Source of the DNA: Candidatus Hodarchaeota archaeon
GTDB lineage: Archaea; Asgardarchaeota; Heimdallarchaeia; Hodarchaeales; Hodarchaeaceae
Length of the DNA: 60,841 bases
Assembly (NCBI GenBank): GCA_016839785.1
Contig: JAEOTQ010000155.1
Coordinates: forward strand, 1 to 60,841
Direction of reading: 5' to 3'
Positions 38,291-47,167 of this stretch are shown here, one piece after another. Under the pieces are notes generated by a model. That model saw nothing but the letters and a program-made list of their open reading frames with translations, did no database searches and was not told the origin of the DNA. Both the position numbers and the translations under genes were made by a program. How positions within the stretch are numbered: the stretch's first letter is position 1; the number at the start of each line of letters is the position of its first letter.

Positions 38291-39537
38291 CCCTTTTTTG
38301 TTTTAAACCTGATTATTACTCTCTTTTCTTCATCATCAGTAAGTGAACTCGCAGTTAATCTATCTCCATCTTGAAGAACATTTTTCACTAAAGCTTCATT
38401 CGGAATGATAAAATTTCCTCTAAAACCTATGTAGTTTTTCTTGAATTTACGTTTTAAAACGGTGAAAATCGTCCTACATTTTGAATTTGGATTTATATTA
38501 ATGGTTACTGGGGTTTGCTGAAAAATTGATGTATCGCCGCACACCATACAATCTGGATCTCTAAATAATTCAAAAGAACTTATATTTCCTGTCAAAGCTG
38601 AATAAATTGTTAAATCAGGAACTCTAAAACGATATGTTTGGACTAGAGATTTCATTCGATTTTGATCCTTTTTCTTTAAATCCTTCATTTTATTAAAAAA
38701 CAGGGTTTTTATAATTTCTTGTGATTGAATTCCACTTGTTACTGCATTAACAGTGATTAGGCTAGGTACACGGTATAATACACTCTGAATTATATCTTTA
38801 TTATCAAATATTGGGAATTGGTGTTTCGCCGCTAACTTATTTGCTAGATCTGTTAGTTTTTGGATATCATCGGAGGAATTTTCATCAGGTTCACGATCAT
38901 TAAGTGTATGAAATTCATATAGAGCTTTCCATGCGCAATGGTCTCTCGTTCTTGGAGTTCCAACAAGGGTACATGGTGCAGATAGAACACGTGTCTCCTC
39001 CGGAGGTGGTGGTGAATCACATGCCAAACAGGCGTTATTACTTGGATTAACACTTTGTACTTGACCAAAATATCCATCAGTTGCTGAATCTATTAGCGAT
39101 AAAGGTAATTCTACAGCTGTTTCATTGATATATTGACGTGCCAAAAAATTATCCACACAACCAGCAATAATATCAGAATCCTCAAAAATTTTAAAAGGTA
39201 ATGATTGAATAGGTTCATTATATGCCTCAATTTCTAAAGAAGAATTATAACGACTCTTAATTACCTTCTTGGCGACCTTGGCTTTATTTTTTCCAATATC
39301 CGTTTTCGAAAATAGTAATTGTCGATTTAGATTCGAATATTCAATCGTGTCCATATCAACTAAAATTAACTTTCCGACTCCAAGCAAGGCTAAGTTTTTA
39401 GCTACTTCTCCCCCAGTTCCTCCTATTCCTATTATTATTACGCTGCTTTTCTCGATTAGGCTTTGATCCCATATTGTGAGACGTTCTTGTCGATCAAATT
39501 TCGATGTAGGATGTGAGTTCATTGAGAATTCCGTCAA
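38287..39537 (-). CDS. Ubiquitin-like activating enzyme E1 (UBA3-like, single chain)
   Basis: GIGGTG, DMDTIEYSNLNRQLLF, CVDNFLARQYIN, Zn pairs CLAC/CMVC, catalytic PCTLVGTPRTRDHC, C-terminal ubiquitin-fold-like domain. Confidence 0.92.
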   Translation of the reverse strand: MTEFSMNSHPTSKFDRQERLTIWDQSLIEKSSVIIIGIGGTGGEVAKNLALLGVGKLILVDMDTIEYSNLNRQLLFSKTDIGKNKAKVAKKVIKSRYNSSLEIEAYNEPIQSLPFKIFEDSDIIAGCVDNFLARQYINETAVELPLSLIDSATDGYFGQVQSVNPSNNACLACDSPPPPEETRVLSAPCTLVGTPRTRDHCAWKALYEFHTLNDREPDENSSDDIQKLTDLANKLAAKHQFPIFDNKDIIQSVLYRVPSLITVNAVTSGIQSQEIIKTLFFNKMKDLKKKDQNRMKSLVQTYRFRVPDLTIYSALTGNISSFELFRDPDCMVCGDTSIFQQTPVTININPNSKCRTIFTVLKRKFKKNYIGFRGNFIIPNEALVKNVLQDGDRLTASSLTDDEEKRVIIRFKTKKG

Positions 39538-39557
39538 TGAGAAGAGAATGGAGGAGA

Positions 39558-39887
39558 TTACCCCCCTTTTATCTGATCAGGTACTATCATTAAAAGGGCA
39601 TTTTCTTCAATATTGTACGAAACAAGGTTGTTTGATGGATTCATTCTTCGACCTTTAAACAATAGTGCGATTGGTACAACTTCAGGAATATTAAATGCAT
39701 CACGCGCGGCTGTAATTGCTTGAAAAACCGTACCATTAATGTTAATATACTTTTCACGAATATTTTGATCTGGTGGAAGTTGTGGGTCCTTAAAACGGAC
39801 TTTTATCATACGTTCAATACCATCAGATGTTGATCCTTGAGAACTGATATTAGAGTCCCAGACAACATCTTTTTTTCGATTATTCAT
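39558..39887 (-). CDS. Ubiquitin-like modifier ending in Gly-Gly
   Basis: Beta-grasp pattern IKVRFK...LLFKGRRM...LVSYNIEENALLMIV with free C-terminal KGG; directly upstream of the E1. Confidence 0.9.
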   Translation of the reverse strand: MNNRKKDVVWDSNISSQGSTSDGIERMIKVRFKDPQLPPDQNIREKYININGTVFQAITAARDAFNIPEVVPIALLFKGRRMNPSNNLVSYNIEENALLMIVPDQIKGG

Positions 39888-39909
39888 TTATTTTCACCTT
39901 TGATTGTCT

Positions 39910-40701
39910 CTACACATAGAATAAACGTTCAATTTCGGCCAAAACTGCAATAAGATCAATACGGCCTTTTGCATAATCCTCTAAAGGCCCTCGTATAAGT
40001 GGATACCTAGAAAGAACTTCACTTTCAAGACCGATCGGATAATTCTTTTTTCTCTTAATTGTAAATGGGATTATTTCCCCTGTTTGTGCATAAAAGTTAA
40101 TTTTAATTTCCTTTTTTGTTGGTATAGCATCGTAGCTATCCAGAATCTGTCGTATAAGGGGATCTTTTTCTTTAACCGCGTCTCTTGTCTCAGCTAAAGT
40201 CTGGCTAGTCTCTAACTTTTGGGGTATTTGATCTTCAGTTTTTTGGTAGATCTCTTCTAATACATCTAATACCGAGCTTGTGCCTGGTGACCAATTTTTC
40301 ATTGTATTTAAGTCACTGATCTCACAATTGATGACTTCTCGAAGAACATTTGGTCCATCGATAAATGGTTTCTCTGGTAAATCATCGAGTACGATTAATA
40401 AAGGAAAGGCATACTGTCCAACTTGCATTTTTATACGAATTTTTCCTACCTCATCCCCTACTAATTCTCCAGGAAAATTTTCAAGTATTTTCTGGGATTC
40501 CTGAAATAATAGGTAATAGTGTTCAGATTCCACTTCCTCGTCAGCTGAACTTTCATCGGGAGTTATACCCTGTGATTTCTTAAGATAATTTGTCAATTCA
40601 CAATATTCACAATGAATGGGACGAATAGAAGAGGGTTTTCCTGATAAGGGAGCACCACATCCATTACACTGAGCAACATCTGTCTCGATATCGTTCATCA
40701 T
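39910..40701 (-). CDS. Zinc ribbon fused to an inactive E2-like (UEV/RWD) domain
   Basis: CNGCGAPL...CEYC; FPLLIVLDDLPEKPFI...LNTMKNWSPGTSSVLDVLEEI resembles the UBC/UEV core without HPN or the catalytic Cys. Confidence 0.6.
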   Translation of the reverse strand: MMNDIETDVAQCNGCGAPLSGKPSSIRPIHCEYCELTNYLKKSQGITPDESSADEEVESEHYYLLFQESQKILENFPGELVGDEVGKIRIKMQVGQYAFPLLIVLDDLPEKPFIDGPNVLREVINCEISDLNTMKNWSPGTSSVLDVLEEIYQKTEDQIPQKLETSQTLAETRDAVKEKDPLIRQILDSYDAIPTKKEIKINFYAQTGEIIPFTIKRKKNYPIGLESEVLSRYPLIRGPLEDYAKGRIDLIAVLAEIERLFYV

Positions 40702-41018
40702 TCTACCTCATTTCCAGCTCCGTTTTCTGAGAAAGATTAAACATACGAGATTCCAAAATATTACTAATCCACAGAGAAGATCTATAATCACATATTTAGT
40801 AATGATCTAAGCCTCATGTGTTGTAATATGAACAGAAATTTCGCTATTAACTTCCAGAATATTGAATTACTGCAGGTTCATTCTGAAAACTGACCTTAAA
40901 AAACTAGCTCATAATGGCTTTCCTTCTAGCCAGACAATCCACAGCTTTAAAAAAATAGATAGAGTAAGTTTATAGGTTAATGGATATCACCTGATTATTG
41001 AACTAGGAGCGAACACTT

Positions 41019-41564
41019 ATGTCTGATCTACATTCCAGACGATTAAGGGAAGAATTTAAGCGAATGCTCAAGATTTATCCCCCGAAAAGTGCTACCATAA
41101 AGTGGTTGATAGTGAATAATGATCTTCATCATTATTCTGCAACAATAAAAGGGAGAGAAGGCACTCCGTATGAAAATGGGGAATGGAAAATCACTATTGA
41201 TCTCCCACCAGAATATCCCTTTAAACCTCCAATTGTTAATTTTATCACACCAATTTGGCATCCCAATATTGCTGTTGGGGAAACCCGTTGGAAATGGGGT
41301 TCTAATGTCTGCTTAAGTCTAATAAATTGGAATAATATTGGGGAACTTGGTGGTTGGAAAAAGACTATAACTCTACCTAGTGTTTTTGAGCATATTGAAA
41401 TGATGCTTGATGTTTATCAAAGTTCAGGTGATTCTGATTTTCCAGAATATCTTGTTGATCCTGGGGATCCATTCAATCCAGAGGCTGGTAAGTCGATGCA
41501 GTCAAACTTTAATGATTTCTGGAAGAAAGCTGTGGAGTGGACAAAAAAACATAGTATGAATTAA
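41019..41564 (+). CDS. Ubiquitin-conjugating enzyme E2
   Basis: RRLREEF, GTPYENG, PPEYPFKPP.V.F.TPIWHPNI, active-site NVCLSLI and DPFNPEA. Confidence 0.95.
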   Translation: MSDLHSRRLREEFKRMLKIYPPKSATIKWLIVNNDLHHYSATIKGREGTPYENGEWKITIDLPPEYPFKPPIVNFITPIWHPNIAVGETRWKWGSNVCLSLINWNNIGELGGWKKTITLPSVFEHIEMMLDVYQSSGDSDFPEYLVDPGDPFNPEAGKSMQSNFNDFWKKAVEWTKKHSMN

Positions 41565-41660
41565 CTCCTAAATGTCTCAAATTGGTCTAATGGGGTATTA
41601 ATATTGAAAACAAATCAGGGTGGAATTGGATGTTCTGACTAAGCAAGGAATCGAACTTCG

Positions 41661-42239
41661 ATGACAAAGAAACATTCCCAAGATAATGTTGATGGTGAGG
41701 AGGGAAAAAAGAATTCATTTGATGGCCAAGATCCCAGTCTTACTAGCAATGAAATAATACAATTAAAATTAGAGACAAAATCTGTTACTATTTTACAGCA
41801 AGCAATCCAGGAAATTACGAATTTCTCTATCAAATCAATGCCAAAAGAGGCGATTGGATTACTAAGTGGGAGAGAAATACGTCCAAAAGAATTAATGATA
41901 ACAAAGGGGATTTATGTTACTGAAGGGGAAGAATACTCTGTATCCTTTTCTGAGGACGATTTTCAAGTATTTGATCAATTAGCTGGACCTGAATATTGTG
42001 TGGGATGGTGGCATTCCCATCCTGGATTTGGACTATTTTTATCTCAGACTGATATCACTACTCATATTTTCTCTTTTCAAATTGTACATCGTTTATCAGT
42101 GGCACTGGTAGTTGATCCCATTGCTGTAGGAATAGATGGAATCGCTAAACATAAATTTTTCCAAGTCGTAGGCGACTCTCAGAACAATTCATTCCGATAT
42201 GTAGAACTAGCCAGTTATCTTGATAAATCTTCAGAGTAA
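41661..42239 (+). CDS. JAMM/MPN+ isopeptidase (Rpn11/CSN5-like)
   Basis: EAIGLL...VGWWHSHPGFGLFLSQTD...ALVVDP, a complete JAMM motif. Confidence 0.93.
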   Translation: MTKKHSQDNVDGEEGKKNSFDGQDPSLTSNEIIQLKLETKSVTILQQAIQEITNFSIKSMPKEAIGLLSGREIRPKELMITKGIYVTEGEEYSVSFSEDDFQVFDQLAGPEYCVGWWHSHPGFGLFLSQTDITTHIFSFQIVHRLSVALVVDPIAVGIDGIAKHKFFQVVGDSQNNSFRYVELASYLDKSSE

Positions 42240-42313
42240 GGATAATTCTGTAATTATAAATTCAGAAATCGGTTTGGAACAAACAATATTAAACAATGAA
42301 TTAGAAGGCCACT

Positions 42314-43108
42314 TTGAGATTCAAAATGACAATATACGATCCTTTTACAAAACTCTTTCTCATCATTGGACAATTCTTCTTACAATCTGAGCAATACGGG
42401 ATTCTAGATTATTTAATTATATTTTTAGGACCAGGACTCGTATTATTTTTCACATTTTATCTGTTATGGGCTGGTAGGAGGAAGAATCACAAAATAATTA
42501 ACGTAACAAAGGATGCTCTTCTTGAAATTTTCTCAAATGAATTTGATGATTTTGTAACGGATCAATTAAGTTCCAATGGTGGACTACTATTTCCAAAGTA
42601 TAAAAAATCCTCTAAAATTCCATTTAAAGATTTTCGCGTTGTGTTTGCATTGGAAGAACGTCATTTAATGTTATCTGTGATTATCTCATGGTTTTCAGGT
42701 TCAAATGACTACATTGCTATAGAAGGAAATGCAAAAAAAGGGAAATTACCAACTAAGATACAAATCATCCCCAACAATGAGGAAGGACAGATTAAAAAAC
42801 ATCAAGATGTGCTTTTTCAATTAAAAGATATAACACTCGATGTAGAACGACTTGATAATTTCTTTCTATTGAAAGCTACATCTGAACGCATGGGGAATTA
42901 TTTTCTTAAAGATAAGTCATTATTAAAACAAATTTACTCCATTCGGGAATTTTTAGTCAGACTCTCTATCGATTCGTCAGAAGATCCTTCAATTCGAGTT
43001 TATTGTAGAATAAATAAGAAGCTAGACTTAGTAAAGATACATCGATTATTTCTAACCTTAACCGAACGAGTAAATTTAGTCTCAGAAAAAAAGGTCATGA
43101 AGAAATAA
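42314..43108 (+). CDS. Single-TM protein resembling CCDC47 (PAT complex subunit, DUF1682)
   Basis: TM helix followed by GRRKNHKI...F..EF and ALEERHLMLSVI.....ND.I.I, comparable to remembered CCDC47 segments GKNKNSRLA...LESNF and FLKRQDLLNVL....SDQVQI. Confidence 0.6.
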   Translation: MRFKMTIYDPFTKLFLIIGQFFLQSEQYGILDYLIIFLGPGLVLFFTFYLLWAGRRKNHKIINVTKDALLEIFSNEFDDFVTDQLSSNGGLLFPKYKKSSKIPFKDFRVVFALEERHLMLSVIISWFSGSNDYIAIEGNAKKGKLPTKIQIIPNNEEGQIKKHQDVLFQLKDITLDVERLDNFFLLKATSERMGNYFLKDKSLLKQIYSIREFLVRLSIDSSEDPSIRVYCRINKKLDLVKIHRLFLTLTERVNLVSEKKVMKK

Positions 43109-43126
43109 AATTGGGCTATCAAATTT

Positions 43127-43690
43127 CTATAGAGTCTCAATTTTTTCAGTGACTCTTTGTCGTAGCCATTCTAATCCTTCTTCAACATTGAATCCAGTCT
43201 TAGCTGAAGTAGGTACAATTGCATATGAATGGGTCGTTACTTTGTGAAGATTAAGGGATCGTGCAACTTCACCTGCAGAAGCAGCATTTTCTAGATCTTG
43301 CTTGTTTGCTAATACCAAAATTGGAATGTTTTCCACCTTATCGTTATTTAAGACGTATTTCCATAATTCAGCTTGAGCTTCATCAAAACGAGTTCTATCG
43401 TTTGAATCAATCACATAAACTATTCCCATTGAACCAGCCATATAACTCTCCCAAAGAGATTCACGAAAGGCTTCTTGGCCACCAATATCCCAAGATATGA
43501 ACCGCACATTACCAGAACTGAACTCATCAACATTCATACCTAGTGTACGAAATGTACTATCATCAAATTCCCCAGAGGTTATTCTTTTGACAATCGTAGT
43601 CTTGCCTGCATGGTCAAGTCCTAACCAGGCTATCTTCACTGTTAGTCGTTCTCTAGCAAGCCTCGCGCGTAGTTTGGTAAGGAAACTCAT
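43127..43690 (-). CDS. Arf-family small GTPase
   Basis: GLDHAGKTT, TLGMN, WDIGGQ, ANKQDL and TSAKTG; N-terminal amphipathic helix. Confidence 0.93.
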   Translation of the reverse strand: MSFLTKLRARLARERLTVKIAWLGLDHAGKTTIVKRITSGEFDDSTFRTLGMNVDEFSSGNVRFISWDIGGQEAFRESLWESYMAGSMGIVYVIDSNDRTRFDEAQAELWKYVLNNDKVENIPILVLANKQDLENAASAGEVARSLNLHKVTTHSYAIVPTSAKTGFNVEEGLEWLRQRVTEKIETL

Positions 43691-43702
43691 TGAAGATACC
43701 TC

Positions 43703-44251
43703 TTATTTTCTTTGTGTCAATTTACTCTGAAATCTCTCGCTCATCCATTGCCAGGGCTCCTCAACACCTTCTCCAGTAAGAGCTGAACATGGATAAACCC
43801 CAAATGTTCTTGGACGTTCTGCCATTTCAGTTTCCAGCTCAAGGGTTTTAACTATATTATCTAAAGACATAGCAACATCTAAATCTTGCTTGTTTGCCAA
43901 AAATAAAAATGCCGAATCCTCTGGCGCCCATTGAATAACGTTCTTAAGCCATTTAGCTGCAGTTTCTACTTTGTCTCTATCAGCTGAGTCGAAAACAAAA
44001 ACCACTCCCGATGCTTCTGAAACAAAAGGTTCCCAAAGACTAGTAGGATAGGTAGGTTGTCCACCTAAATCTACAGCCATAACCTCAAAATCACCAATCT
44101 TTAGCGTTTCAATATTCATACCCATTGTAGGGACAGTTTCTAAATCTTCATGTCCCTTTAGTCTTTTTACTAATGTTGTTTTTCCAGCATTAGCCAGACC
44201 GACAAAGGCTATTTGATTTTCAATTTCTCGACCAAATAATTTTGTTGGCAT
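43703..44251 (-). CDS. Arf-family small GTPase
   Basis: GLANAGKTT, PTMGMN, DLGGQ, ANKQDL and CSALTGEG. Confidence 0.93.
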   Translation of the reverse strand: MPTKLFGREIENQIAFVGLANAGKTTLVKRLKGHEDLETVPTMGMNIETLKIGDFEVMAVDLGGQPTYPTSLWEPFVSEASGVVFVFDSADRDKVETAAKWLKNVIQWAPEDSAFLFLANKQDLDVAMSLDNIVKTLELETEMAERPRTFGVYPCSALTGEGVEEPWQWMSERFQSKLTQRK

Positions 44252-44447
44252 CTTCTAAACCAATCATCAATTGAATCAGATGCAGAAAGTGCTAAATGGA
44301 ACCTTTATTGAGAAACTCACTACTCTTTAACCAAGCGGGTTTCAAACACATAAACAGTTTTCTTGTAGCGGTTGTTTTAAGAGTTCTGTGCATTATTAAT
44401 AAACCTATTTTATTAGTTGTATTCGAAATTACTCTATAATACTCCTG

Positions 44448-46352
44448 TTAGACTATTCGGGAGAATATTGGTTGTTGGGATACCAGCTTTGGAAAAACTC
44501 GGAAATAAGTAGGTTTATCCTTTGTCTGGTCTTGAATAAATTTGATAACCTCTTTCAATGTTTGAAATTCCTGCGAGTTGTTGAATCGATATCTTACACT
44601 CACTTTTCCTTCGTTTTGTTCCTTTTCACCCGCGACAATTATAATCGGACTCCATAATTTCTCTGCAGCTCGAATCTTCTTTCCAAGAGATAAGTCCCGA
44701 TCATCAATTTCTACTCTAATATTCTTCTGTTCTAATTCCTCGGCTAGAGTTTGTGTGAATTCAAGGTAATCTTCAGATACTGGTAGAATTCTTACTTGTG
44801 CTGGAGATAACCATAGTGGAAATTGAGGTTTTGACCCTTTATGAGATCGTTTTAATTGATCCTCTATAATTCCATAAATAACTCTTTCAGTAGAGCCTGA
44901 GAGCGAACAATGCATTAGAAGAGGATAAATTTCCTTTCCGTTTGAATCAGTATATTTGATGTCAAAACGTTCAGAATTTTCTACATCAATCTGAACTGTG
45001 GATAGTGCTGCAGCTTTCTTTTGTGTGTCAACAACATTAAATTCAAATTTTAATATGAAATATGCATATCTTGTTTCAAACAATTCCAGGAGGATCGGTT
45101 TATTCAGTAATTTTACTAGGGAGACAACCCATTCTTTATTTTCTTCGAAGAATTCCGTAGTCATTCGGAAGGCAGTCTCAATGTTTACCTCAATATCGTT
45201 CATATATTTGTATGAAAGTCGAAATTGTTCATCAAACTCCTTTCTTGCCATCTGAATACCAGTTACAGCTGTATGTAAGTCAGGCATAGTGAATGCTCTA
45301 AGTCTACGTAATCCAGCTAACTCTCCACGTTGTTCACGTCTGAAAGATTTGGCCATTTCGAAAATTTTCAATGGAAGTTGTCGATAGCTAATGATGGCAT
45401 CCGACATCGTTAGAAATTGCCCGAAACAAGCAGCGAATCGCAAAAAATAATCCTTATTTCCTGATTTTACAACGTATTGTCTTGCAGGAAACCGTTCTAG
45501 ATATTTTTTCAGGGATTCATGGTCATAAGAATACATAAGTGGCGTTTCAACGATCATCGCTCCGTATTGGGCAGCCATGTTGTTTACATGATCCTCGATT
45601 AACCTCTTGATAATATAGCCTCTCGGAAGTATTCGAAAATTGCCAGCATCTGAACCATCTTCATAATCTACTAATTCAAGATTTTTCATAACGTCTACAT
45701 GTAGTGGAGGGGTACTAACAGTTCTATCCTTAGCTGTTTCATATTTAACAAATAATTCCAACTCTTTTTGACCTTTAAAATTAAATTTGTCAAAAGGCTC
45801 AATTTTCCCATCCAAAGATAGAACATAGAATGTGGAACGAGTAGTTTGCTCAGCAGCAATAGCTTTTGTTACTTCAGAAGTTTTTTCCGGTGTTTTCATA
45901 CCTGATTGACCTAAAATTTCTTTAGATCTTTCTGCTAAGGCATGCCCTTTGCAATTTAAGGTGAAGCTTTTATAATACCCGAACGGGGCTCTAACTATGT
46001 TCAGATCTATATTAATGGATCGTAAAGACGATTCTATCTTTTTTAGTGTTGATAATGCTGCATCTGGTTTAGCTGGTTGAGTTTTAGCTAAATGAACCCA
46101 AGGATACAAAATCAAATTTGTTTCACCAATATCATTTAGGGCAGAATTGATTTCATCATTAGCATTCGTAATTACATTAGATATATCAGGTATATCATTT
46201 GTTTCAACTGAAATAAAAACAACTAAAGTTGAATCTGAGGTGGAATATTCCATCTTAACATTTTTAGATGATTCAGGCTTACCTATTGCTTTATCAGTTA
46301 CTTTCCAATCAAACCCGTGAGAGTGTACAAGCAAAAGTTGCATATTTATCAC
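44448..46352 (-). CDS. thrS: Threonyl-tRNA synthetase, archaeal type with N-terminal editing domain
   Basis: MQLLLVH...YPWVHL...RAPFGYYKSF.L.CKGH.LAE editing domain; LRFAACFG, FRREQRGE, RLRAFTMPDLH and HCSLSGSTER. Confidence 0.96.
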   Translation of the reverse strand: MINMQLLLVHSHGFDWKVTDKAIGKPESSKNVKMEYSTSDSTLVVFISVETNDIPDISNVITNANDEINSALNDIGETNLILYPWVHLAKTQPAKPDAALSTLKKIESSLRSINIDLNIVRAPFGYYKSFTLNCKGHALAERSKEILGQSGMKTPEKTSEVTKAIAAEQTTRSTFYVLSLDGKIEPFDKFNFKGQKELELFVKYETAKDRTVSTPPLHVDVMKNLELVDYEDGSDAGNFRILPRGYIIKRLIEDHVNNMAAQYGAMIVETPLMYSYDHESLKKYLERFPARQYVVKSGNKDYFLRFAACFGQFLTMSDAIISYRQLPLKIFEMAKSFRREQRGELAGLRRLRAFTMPDLHTAVTGIQMARKEFDEQFRLSYKYMNDIEVNIETAFRMTTEFFEENKEWVVSLVKLLNKPILLELFETRYAYFILKFEFNVVDTQKKAAALSTVQIDVENSERFDIKYTDSNGKEIYPLLMHCSLSGSTERVIYGIIEDQLKRSHKGSKPQFPLWLSPAQVRILPVSEDYLEFTQTLAEELEQKNIRVEIDDRDLSLGKKIRAAEKLWSPIIIVAGEKEQNEGKVSVRYRFNNSQEFQTLKEVIKFIQDQTKDKPTYFRVFPKLVSQQPIFSRIV

Positions 46353-46453
46353 AGATAGTCCATTTTGTGGATGTGAGAGGACAAATTGGTGTTCTCAAAA
46401 GAGCTTTTCCAATCTGTAATCAAAGAATGTAATCATCTTCTGAAGAGTTATTT

Positions 46454-47053
46454 TTAGAAGAAGTTTTCAACAAAGAAATTAATTGCAGAATCAGGAATTC
46501 CTTGTTCGATAAAAGTTGCCCACGCATTAGTTTTCGTTAATTTCTGAGAAAGAGTTTGTTCAGTCATGAATTCGTAATATTCGTGTGGGAAGACTACCCA
46601 CTCTGAGGCTTCTTCAGCATAATAATCAGGTTTTACTTTGGACCAAGGTTTATATAGCAAAGTAGCAATTCTTACTGTTTTTGGATCTTTTAGTTTGAGA
46701 TAGTCAAGTGCACAAACCAAACTTTCCCCAGTATCAGCTAAATCGTCAATTAAAAGAATATTTTTCTGAAAGATATCTACCCCAACATCTTGTGAAATTA
46801 CTGGTTTGGTATGCGTCTCAGCTATGGCCGTATAAAATTTAATCTGCATTGTCGCAAGAACAGAAGATATTTTATTCTCTTCCAAGAGGTAGCTAGCCTC
46901 AAACATATCACTTAAGAGACGGGCCGGAATCCATCCTCCTCGACTAATACCAAGGATAATATCTGGATTGTAACCATCGCTTTTTATCAGATTGAAAAGA
47001 GAACGGGCTAATCGATCAATGTCGTGCCAATGAAAAATCTTGAATTCAACCAA
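46454..47053 (-). CDS. Type I purine phosphoribosyltransferase
   Basis: GISRGGWIPAR, ILLIDDLADTGESL and WVVFP.E. Confidence 0.9.
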   Translation of the reverse strand: MVEFKIFHWHDIDRLARSLFNLIKSDGYNPDIILGISRGGWIPARLLSDMFEASYLLEENKISSVLATMQIKFYTAIAETHTKPVISQDVGVDIFQKNILLIDDLADTGESLVCALDYLKLKDPKTVRIATLLYKPWSKVKPDYYAEEASEWVVFPHEYYEFMTEQTLSQKLTKTNAWATFIEQGIPDSAINFFVENFF

Positions 47054-47167
47054 AATTTAAACACATCAGTAAATGCTTTTGAAGAAGAATTTGTGTACTA
47101 ACTGAAGAAAGATTTTAAGCTCTATTACAAGTGTATATTCAGTCACGATATTAAGGAGCGGTAAAAA

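Noticed and set aside
38287-39887. ThiF/ThiS or MoeB/MoaD sulfur-relay pair
   Set aside because: The E1 has a eukaryote-type catalytic-Cys insert, the neighbours are E2, JAMM and RING-like genes, and no thiamine or molybdopterin genes are nearby.
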